The notes under the pieces are model-generated. The model made no database searches and was not told where the DNA came from. It saw only the letters and a list, made by a program, of their open reading frames with translations. This document shows positions 1 through 8,320 of a stretch of 12,631 bases of DNA, in pieces; within the stretch, counting starts at the first letter, position 1; each line of letters begins with the position of its first letter. The stretch spans positions 1-12,631 of the forward strand of contig CAXIUT010000163.1 of assembly GCA_964035545.1 (NCBI GenBank), read 5' to 3'. Source of the DNA: Bugula neritina. Its lineage: Eukaryota; Animalia; Bryozoa. Both the position numbers and the translations under genes were made by a program.

Positions 1-75
1 CCCAACCCCAACCCCAACCCCAACCCCAACCCCAACCCCAACCCCAACCCCAACCCCAACCCCAACCCCAACCCC
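1..75 (+). repeat. Left telomere, (CCCCAA)n
   Basis: Perfect C4A2 hexamer array at the sequence start, beginning CCCAA. This is the Tetrahymena-type (oligohymenophorean) telomere repeat. Confidence 0.98.
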
Positions 76-446
76 TACTTGTTGATAGTAAATATAGAGT
101 TATTCAATATATATATCAGAGCTATAATAAATATATTTAGGCATGAGATAAAAGGACCTATTTTAATGACAGTTCATAATGATATGAATGATTATCATTT
201 CTTACTAACATGTGTTCCATCTTTTAAAGCTAATTTTATGATTTGATATCTTAATATAAAAGAATTAAGGTAATACTTTTTATACCCTTTTTCGTAAATC
301 TACACATTAACACTATAAACTGCTCATATTCTGCCCAAAATAAGCTATTTTATCCTTTTCGTCTTTGAATGTCAAACGACTGGATATTTTTATTGACTAT
401 TTTAGCTTCAAATTTTAAGACCTTGATATAATTGATTAAAGAGAAC

Positions 447-2073
447 ATGCAAAATCTATTTCAAGCCAATCGCGATGAAGAACAATTCAGAACCAGAATC
501 AATCACAGAAATCAACTTAGACAACTCAATAGACATCACTTTAGCATCCATTACACACTTATCTAAGATCAACTGGATTAGCACTCACATCATAAAAACC
601 ACAAAAACACCCCCGAAAACTTCATTGACCCGAAATATAAAACCATCATCGATACGTACCATCCCTTCCATCTAGTTGCAGAAGTCTCAGCTACCATCCC
701 ACCGATCTACCTCCACTCATTTCCATACTTAATACCTAAAACATTTTATAAACCTACAAATCAGTGGTCGGCATCTCTCACCTAGCTTCTCTCCTAACCA
801 ACCCAGAGATCCGAGACATCTGTTTGGCTTCCGGTATCATAAGAGGACTGTCATCAATCTTCAATAAACACTAGCATATCTATTTGCAACTGAAAGCTAC
901 AGGTCTAATGCTGTTTATTTGTCGTTTAGTCAGCAACCAACAGATCTTTTCCGAGCAAATAAACCATCAAACTATCCCTTTGAATAGCTTATCTGTTCTT
1001 TTGAATACAAAACAATCAATATTAAGTAGAAATAGTCTAGGGTTGATAAGATAGTTGTTGGATAAAGGATATTCTATCAATGGAAACGATATTACTCTCT
1101 TTATTAGAGGACTAGCACTACAAACGTCAATAGCAAAAAAATATACTAATAATAATGATATTTAAACTATCCTCAATATTATCAAAAAAATCAATCCTAT
1201 CGAATAAATATCCAATAAAAAAACTATCATAGAACCGATCTGTCTCATTCTTCTTAGAATTTTATCAACTTGCCAACCATCATAAAAAAACAACTTTAAA
1301 TACCATATTTAAGCCATTATTACCAGCAGCGAATGGCTAAAAACAATCAACCTACTCTTATCTAAACAAAATCATTTGTAAATAACTAAAAATTATCAAT
1401 CATTTTGCTCATTGCTTTCAAACATAATCAGCAATAAAGAACTAATCAATGGTTAGGCCATAATGACTGTCAATAGTAAATCTTTGCTTAAATATCTAAA
1501 CAACCACAAAACTATCGACTTCATCGCCCATCTAGAAATAATCGGCCAGGTCTATCAATTGTTTTTATTAGAAAATAATCAAAATCACACTCATGATTGG
1601 TATATTACTTCTTCCTCTCTCTAAGTACTATAAAAATTAATAGCTAAAAATCATCTACCGACAGTAAATCTCAATAAATGTAGATAAAATTGTTCAAATC
1701 TGACTTATATCTGAATCGTCTATCTTTCCTCTACTTACAGCCACCTCTCTACCGACACCTCAACTCTATCACCATCAAAATACTCCTCTCTAAATAGCTA
1801 TAAATTACCAACTCCACTCATGACATAATCATCAAGTTCTTCCAACCAGGATACTCGACCAAAATAAAAGAATAAATGATATTGAAACAAATGAAATAGA
1901 CCTTTGAGAGAGCTAAAAGGCAGCTTTCTGGTGAATCTATCAGGAAGTTAAAGAAGATTATTTGTGAGGCTTGCAGTGATGTAGTGAAAAGAGTCAGAGA
2001 AAAGAATGGAAGAGAGATTGGTTTTTACTAAGAGCTAATCAGATAGTACTAATCAGTTGGTAATCCAATTTGA
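447..2073 (+). CDS. Divergent importin-alpha-like ARM-repeat protein, ~528 aa; join(447..655,676..1663,1684..2073), TAR=Glu
   Basis: Open from ATG447 to TGA2071-2073 once two 20-nt GTA..TAG introns are removed. The N-terminus RDEEQFRTRINHRNQLRQLNR resembles an IBB motif. DLPPLISILNTENILETYKSVVGISHLAS..NPEIRDICLASGIIRGLSSIFNKHEHIYLQLKATGLMLFIC follows the importin-alpha ARM1-2 pattern, and the length matches importin-alpha. The WxxxN motifs are not evident. Confidence 0.65.
656..675 (+). other. 20-nt spliceosomal intron
   Basis: gtaccatcccttccatctag; removal is needed to restore the frame into the ARM-like region. Confidence 0.85.
1664..1683 (+). other. 20-nt spliceosomal intron
   Basis: gtaaatctcaataaatgtag; removal avoids a downstream TGA and extends the ORF by 130 codons. 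Confidence 0.8.
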
Positions 2074-2261
2074 TTGATATTCCAAAAATCATAATCATCA
2101 ATTATGTCAATATAAATATGATAGCACTGTTTATTACTTCGATCACTTGTCTTCGAATCTTTCACCCATTCTAGATTAAATGCTAGTAGATTTTTAAATA
2201 GGCGGGATGGACCTGATATTTGATTTTATGATAATCCTAGTGTTATAATTCAAATCAGTGC

Positions 2262-4542
2262 ATGTAAGCGCCCAAACCACCATCCACTCCTGAACGTCCA
2301 GCCACGCCTACCGTCTTCTCGAAAAAGAACCTACAACGTCCCTTCGAAGTGATCTGCAGGATCAGACCACAAGAATAACCATAGTCTACGCCCGGTATGT
2401 CTCTTCAAATTCAGATATGGCTATCAATGAAAAGAAGTCAACTGTCACCATCATCTCAGATTCAAAAGGACTCAGCAAAGAGTTTGGGTTCCATAAAATA
2501 TACCCAGAAAATATCAAACAACAACAAGTCACCTCAGAAATCACACAACATATCATGGAAAACAGTCAAATCAACAGTATCTTTGAAACTATTCAGAAAA
2601 AGGCAGTCTGGTTATCAGCTATGGAGTGACTAACTCAGGAAAAACCTATACCGTCCTAGGCACTTAGGCCTAACTAGGACTACTACCTTCCCTTTTAAAA
2701 TAAATCATCAAAGAATTTCCCGATGAAACTATCAAAATAACAGCTTTGGAGATGTATAATGAAGATTTTTATTCACTGAAAGATAAAAACCAACTAAAAC
2801 CCAAATAATAATTTGGAATTTATATGTTCGACTAGATCAAACCTGAAGTAGTAACTCTTGACTGCCTTGATACTCTAATGAAGCAATACCAATAGAATAG
2901 AAGTCAAACTACTACTAAAGCAAATAAGAAAAGTTCTAGATCTCATGCTATTTTCAAGATAGTATGTAGCAGTTTATCTGTGGCAATAGTTGACTTAGCA
3001 GGTAGTTAGCGTTTGAACAAGGCCAATTCTAACCTACACTAGACTTTATCGATCAACAGCAGTCTACTTGTCCTTGGCAAATGTATGCACGCATTCAAAG
3101 ATCGCAGCATAATCCCTTATAGAGAATCAAAGTTGACTCGTATGCTGACTGAATACTTCACAGAATCATATAAGATATATATGATAGCACACATCAATCG
3201 ATCAGGGTAGATGTTCCACTAGAACATCAATGTACTAGAGTATGCTTCTTTGACTATGAATGTCCGATATGCCAATCCGATTAAAAACAGATCAATCATG
3301 AAAAGTATAAAGAAGATAGAGACGACTAAGAGTTGTGTGAAATTTAAAAAATAAAACAATTAGTAGTCTCCTGAAAGAGATGATAAAGTAGATGAGAATG
3401 AAGATAAGAAGATAAAGAAAAGTTAGAGAAAGAGCAAAAGAAAAAGTAAAAAATAATAAAAAGAATTGGCTGATAAAGCATTCAGATAGAGAAAGAGAAG
3501 AATGATGGATAGATATTTATAAAGACTATTTGGAAGAATGGATTAACATCATTTTCATTTAGATCAATAGTTTTAGATATTGGATAAGAAAGACCAAGCA
3601 TTTATTGAATAGATGAGAAAGATGTAGTATGTGAGTCCTAAGAAACAGTAAAAGGTGGAAATATCAATAAAAAAAGCATAAACTAGAATATAACTCAGAC
3701 AAGATATCTTAGAATAACTAGAAAGATAAAAAAGATAAAAACAAGTTGATGTTGCTACATAAACTTCCTTCAGAAATAACTAGTCGTAGTCATAGTCCTC
3801 AGGATAGTCATCGTAGGAATAAGAAGAGCAGAAAGGAAGTTTTTTGAAATCAGCAATGAAGCAAGTAGCTGGTCCTATCAGTAGTATAGTATTAAAAGTG
3901 ACTGATATGATTCGCAGTTGTTCCCAAAAGAAATAAAACAGATAAAATAAACATACTAATCTTATGATTAGAAATCATTTCGGAAGCTATCAAATTGGTC
4001 CTTAAGATAAATAGAACTAAACAGAAGATCTAGTTTATAGAGGCATTTTTGATAAAAAATAATAAAATAAAAATAATCTAGCAATGAGTCAACAATAATT
4101 TACATTTGCCTATGATTTCTACCAAAAATAAAAATAGATACAAGAATAAAGATAACTATATTTCAAACAAAAATAGTAATAATATCAAAGACAAGATTAA
4201 CTCATAAAAGAACTATAAATCAAAAAAGAAGAATAGTATAAAAGAAAAGAAGAAGAGCTAAAAAGAAGAGAAGATTAGTTAAAAAGAAAAGAATAGTCAA
4301 TAGATGGAGATTCAAACCATAGTTATGCCATCACTGAACAAACATTCACTTTTGCTCATAAAAACGATTAAGAACTACGATCTACAGACTAAAATACCTC
4401 AAGCAACTCAACTAATAACTTTCAATCAAAAATTACCAGACAGGATAAACCAGCTCAACCATTCGCCTTTGGGATGGCATCGTGGACGAGAAGTCCAGTT
4501 TTAACCCGTGCCCAAAAAAAGAAAAAGAAAACTATCATTTGA
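2262..4542 (+). CDS. N-terminal kinesin motor protein (kinesin-6-like motifs) with charged coiled-coil tail, ~746 aa; join(2262..2394,2415..2576,2597..4542)
   Basis: Motifs VICRIRP, P-loop YGVTNSGKTYT (GVTNSGKT at 2623-2646), LEMYNE, switch I NKKSSRSHAIF, switch II VDLAGS[TAG=E]R (2989-3012), [TAG=E]TLSINSSLLVLGKCM, IPYRESKLTRML and H[TAG=E]NINVLEYA. Ends at TGA4540-4542. Confidence 0.95.
2395..2414 (+). other. 20-nt spliceosomal intron
   Basis: gtatgtctcttcaaattcag; joins the RIRP exon to the next motor exon in frame. Confidence 0.9.
2577..2596 (+). other. 20-nt spliceosomal intron
   Basis: gtatctttgaaactattcag; removal puts the P-loop in frame. Confidence 0.92.
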
Positions 4543-4586
4543 TTTGTCTAAATAAATAAGATATTAGTTATCATTATAAGAGATAT

Positions 4587-5771
4587 ATGAGCATATTCTT
4601 TAACATTGGTCGCAGCACTACTCCTGACTACGTGTAACTGGACTCCTAGTTCATAACTGTCACTAACCTCAGAAATCTGATCAGTCGTAAAATCGGTGTA
4701 AAGGAGTAAGACATGAAAATAAAGAATGTAATAACTTTTGTCGAATACGCATCTAACTAATACATAAAGAAAGGATCGAGTGTTAGCGTAGATATATCTC
4801 ATAGAAATCTTATCGACGAACCTTTGAAATTCCATGAGATAATTAGTAACTAAAGGTTGTAAGCTATGATGGGAGATTGTCGATTCTATATGATAAAGAG
4901 TTCTAATGAGGACAACATTCAAAAAGCAAGAGACTGTTCTGTCTGGGCAACTACCTACCTCAACCAAGTAAACATAACAACTATCAAAGGATAAATTCAA
5001 AAATGCCTTTCAGTGCTACAAACACGTTTTCTTCTTTTTTGGGACCAATCGTTCCTTCTAACTGAAGGGATTGGCCAGAATGGAAGGAGAACCTGATAAA
5101 ATACCAGACAAATCGATTTGGTCAGGAGTAAGTAATATTCGCTTAGGAGGCAACTTTAAAATCAGATGGATCAGAAAAAAACCTCTCAGTCTCACCACCA
5201 TCGAAAAAAAATTAGGAGCTTAATCCAGAGATTAAATATCGAGAGCAACCGATGGCTACGAACCTGATAAATAAATATCCAAAAAAGTAGCCTTGCTATT
5301 CTAGTTGCCATTAGAACCCTACTATAAAATGTAAGACTTGTTTGATAGCAAAAAGGAAAAGTCAGGAATCAGCGGGACCATGATCAATAAACCAAGTGAC
5401 CTCTTTGCTTCTCAACTTGCATCTGTTATGCTCAAAAATGTATCAGAAAGTTCTCGTAATCTAAGATATATAAAGGCATTGACCAGCTAGGACTTACTGA
5501 TTAAATTCCACAGCCTATCATCATGAGACCTTTGCTTACTCTTAAACCTCAAAAAACAGAAAAAAGATCAAGTTCTGAGAGCAAGAGAAGACATAACAGC
5601 AAAAGACACAAGAAAGACAAGAAGCACAAGAAGAAACACAAGAAATCAAGCAAAAAGAGACGATACTCTTCTTCTGATTCTGATTCTTCAAGGAGTTCTC
5701 CTTCCCGAGACCGTCGCTCATACTCGAACAGTCGAGGATAGAGGTAAAAGCATAGAAGAAAGTAGAATTGA
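4587..5771 (+). CDS. DWNN(ubiquitin-like)-YTH domain protein with K/R/S-rich tail, ~380 aa; join(4587..4967,4990..5455,5476..5771)
   Basis: The N-terminus MSIFFNIGRSTTPDYVELDSEFITVTNLRNLISRKIGVKEEDMKIKNVITFVEYASNEYIKKGSSVSV follows the RBBP6/Mpe1 DWNN pattern. The YTH domain (about 4875-5301) reads RFYMIKSSNEDNIQKARDCSVWATT..LARM..SIWSG..RLGGNFKIRWI..DGYEPDKEISKKVALLF. The tail reads KRHKKDKKHKKKHKKSSKKRRYSSSDSDSSRSSPSRDRRSYS. The YTH call is strong, the DWNN call moderate to good. Confidence 0.9.
4968..4989 (+). other. 22-nt spliceosomal intron
   Basis: gtaaacataacaactatcaaag; removal restores YTH continuity (WATTYLNQ|DKFKNAF). Confidence 0.9.
5456..5475 (+). other. 20-nt spliceosomal intron
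   Basis: gtaatctaagatatataaag; brings the K/R/S tail in frame. If retained, the ORF stops at TGA5524-5526. Confidence 0.8.
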
Positions 5772-6027
5772 CGCCATTGAATTAACTTCTTAATCGAAAC
5801 TGGCCTCGGCCTTATCACAAACCATAATATCATGTATCATAAAAACCTTTTTAATACAGAAGTCCATAAACTCATAGATGTCCTTAAATAAGATAGTTGT
5901 TAATAAAATACCAGCAGTTCCTTAAAACTATCAATACTTCTACATTATATAAACTAGTTGCTAATAGACTTAAATCTTTCCACATTATAAATTAACAACA
6001 TAAAACAGTATCATTAAAGGTATTATT

Positions 6028-7422
6028 TCACCCAGTAAACTAATCCCGATCCGATATCATCTCTTCAGAAACCTCCTAAATCCTCCACAACAAATTTCTA
6101 ATATGACTATTCAGCATATTCTAAAACTTCACTCTCAAACTTTCATCGATATTGTACTTGTCCACCAACCGTCTCGACACCTCAAGAGCTGTCTCTCCCT
6201 AAAACACCATCAACTTCTCACTCAAACCTTCCCCCAAATTGACATCGATCGACAATATCGGCTTCCTGTCCATCGGCTCTTCCAGAATCTAACTCGATGG
6301 ACAAGAAGGATCGCTGCCTGACTCCTTCGTCTATGAAAATTAGCTATAACAAACAGTCTATTCACTTTTGTCTTTTTACTAGTAATTATTTCTACAGGTT
6401 GATTTCAGACGAACTGACCTTCTTACAGGATTGGCTACTTCCTGACAACTAGCCACCTTCTTCACAAAACTCATCTTCCCAGCACTACTACTATCTTCTT
6501 CGTCACTCTCAACTATCTTTATATTGCTGCTTCTCTTGCCTTTTTCCTGGACATAGTCGCCTTCACTCTGTCCGTATAAGATACGGTTGACTCTCAAAGT
6601 CAAATATTATTCATAGACAGCCAATTTGTTCAATTGAGAAGCCACTATTTTTAAATTGGAGTCAATCATTAATTTTTTACCACTATTCTCTTTGATTTGG
6701 TATCTATCCTGAGGATGGTAGTGATTGATATAGGTCAACATCTAGTATAGATTTTGACTAGGAACACCGCCATAAGTTTATCCTTCTAACTCCTGCCATA
6801 TCCTAATCAAATACTTCTAGTCCTCTATCTTCCTCAGATAATGCAGCTGTTTAAGCATACTAAATACTTCCTATAAACTCAAAAAACATTCACTTTCCCT
6901 CAAATGCGAATGGTTGCTATGATTCAATCTATCTGTTATCGACTTGAACTCCTAAAAGAACTGTTGGGACTATGACCGCTCGTGTGTCTGATTTATGATT
7001 GGTTTATCTGGTAGTTTGGTTGGTCTTTGTCTGACTGGGGAGTGATGATGATACTATCGAATGGGTACAGGATTAGAGTTCTTTCTATTATTTTGAAATA
7101 CTTTTTCTTTGCTAACTTATTCAGCTAGTTGTCTTTTTTAGTGACTAAAACTTCTCACAGGCCCACCCAATCTCTCCAAACTTCTGCTCTTGCTCTCCAA
7201 AGACCTATTCACCTTGTCTCCCACCTATCGCTTCTTCTTATCGTTTCTACTGCTATTCTGAGGAGTAAACGTTGGTCCTCTGATAGGCTATGACCCATGC
7301 TGACTGATATTGGTGGATGAATATGAAGATGGATTGATAGATTGGTTGGCACTTTTAGCTATTTGGTATAGTTGAGCGAACGTTTGTGGTTTAGGACGGA
7401 TGCGAGGCTGCTGTTTGGGCAT
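6028..7422 (-). CDS. Uncharacterised protein, ~464 aa, intronless; disordered N-terminus, degenerate EF-hand-like middle, small C-terminal domain
   Basis: 465 codons with no internal TGA, from ATG (MPKQQPRIRP) to TGA. The middle reads LSLEEVFSMLKQLHYL..LIRIWQELEGETYGGVPSQNLYEML. The C-terminal KPILSIDVNLGEGLSEKLMVFEGETALEVSRRLVDKYNI resembles a motif I recall from many ciliate hypothetical proteins. Confidence 0.85.
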
Positions 7423-7531
7423 TTTTTATTTTTAAGGTCGAGATATAAGTTTGTTGATTGGGAGAGTCAAACGTTTACGCATCAGTTAGTATTAATATTA
7501 ATTTAAGTTTAATTCTCATACTAAGTATAAT

Positions 7532-7558
7532 CATATCATCAAATATCATCAAATATCA
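7532..7558 (+). repeat. Short 10-nt-period (AAATATCATC)-type repeat just inside the internal telomere
   Basis: TATCA at 7534, 7544 and 7554. Confidence 0.7.
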
Positions 7559-7562
7559 AGTC

Positions 7563-7643
7563 GGGGTTGGGGTTGGGGTTGGGGTTGGGGTTGGGGTTGG
7601 GGTTGGGGTTGGGGTTGGGGTTGGGGTTGGGGTTGGGGTTGGG
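7563..7643 (+). repeat. Internal telomeric tract (GGGGTT)13GGG
   Basis: Perfect 81-nt G4T2 array in right-end orientation, with no CCCCAA tract following it. Confidence 0.98.
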
Positions 7644-7677
7644 ATTTATATCATTTTATATCATTTATATCATTTTA
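7644..7677 (+). repeat. TCATTT(T)ATA tandem repeat (~3.5 copies) directly after the internal telomere
   Basis: atttata tcattttata tcatttata tcatttta. Confidence 0.75.
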
Positions 7678-7710
7678 AATTCCTTATTACCAACAAATAA
7701 CGGTATATGA

Positions 7711-8235
7711 TCAGATCAACTTCCTCAAAAAGATAGCCATTTCTCTTTTAGATATTTTTCCATTTTTATTTGTATCTATCTCATTGCAAAACTCTCTCAC
7801 TTGTCCTTCAGTGGGCATGATCTCGATATATCCTTCCTGGTAGATGGCCTTCAACATTTCTCTCAGTTACCCGCTCTCCAAAGACCCATTCTTGTTGACA
7901 TCATACTTCAAAAACACAGCATCCATGGTCCTGTTCATCTTCTCAGTCTATTTCGCACTTATAGCCCCTTCGATTTCATTGATTCTCAAATCTTTTCGAA
8001 CCATTTCTTCTGCTTTTTGAGGTTTGTACTACAACTAGTACTTTTTATCTTCTTTTGCTACGTTGAAAGCAGACTAGTATTTGAAAGCTTTTCCTTCCTC
8101 TAAGGCCTAAAAGTATTTAGCAGCATATTCGATTATGTTCGTAGGTTGGTCTCTTAGTATTTATCTGGAAAAGTTTTTCAGGATTTGAGGGAATGAGTCA
8201 GGAATGGGATATTTTTGTATGTAGCGACTTGCCAT
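7711..8235 (-). CDS. RIIa (dimerisation/docking) domain + two EF-hands, 174 aa; radial-spoke RSP7/RSP11-like architecture
   Basis: YPIPDSFPQILKNFSR[TAA=E]ILRDQPTNIIEYAAKYF is an RIIa domain. The EF loops are DVNKNGSLESG[TAA=E] and DTNKNGKISKRE. ATG8235 to TGA7713-7711, intronless. Confidence 0.92.
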
Positions 8236-8320
8236 CAGTTATACAATTATTAATTATCATCATTTAATATTAAGACCAATACAATCAATAGCTTATTTAA
8301 AATATTTACATCAACAAACA

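Noticed and set aside
2118-2216. Possible C/D-box snoRNA in the gene 1-2 gap (ATGATAG ... CTGA with a GC-richer stretch)
   Set aside because: The C box is imperfect, and I found no terminal stem or recognisable rRNA guide. An Infernal/snoscan search would be needed.
5769-5780. Tandem back-up stop (TGA CGC CAT TGA) after gene 3
   Set aside because: It was noticed for only one of seven genes and is compatible with chance.
7532-7677. CRISPR array or telomere-bearing transposon
   Set aside because: The context is eukaryotic, and there is no repeat-spacer structure, inverted termini or transposase/RT gene.
7458-7700. ORF with a (GV)n repeat
   Set aside because: It is just translation through the GGGGTT telomeric tract.
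3007-8163. Standard ciliate code (TAR=Gln) or split code (TAA=Lys, TAG=Glu)
   Set aside because: DLAGSER requires Glu for TAG. EF-hand position 12 and the RIIa REILR motif require Glu for TAA.
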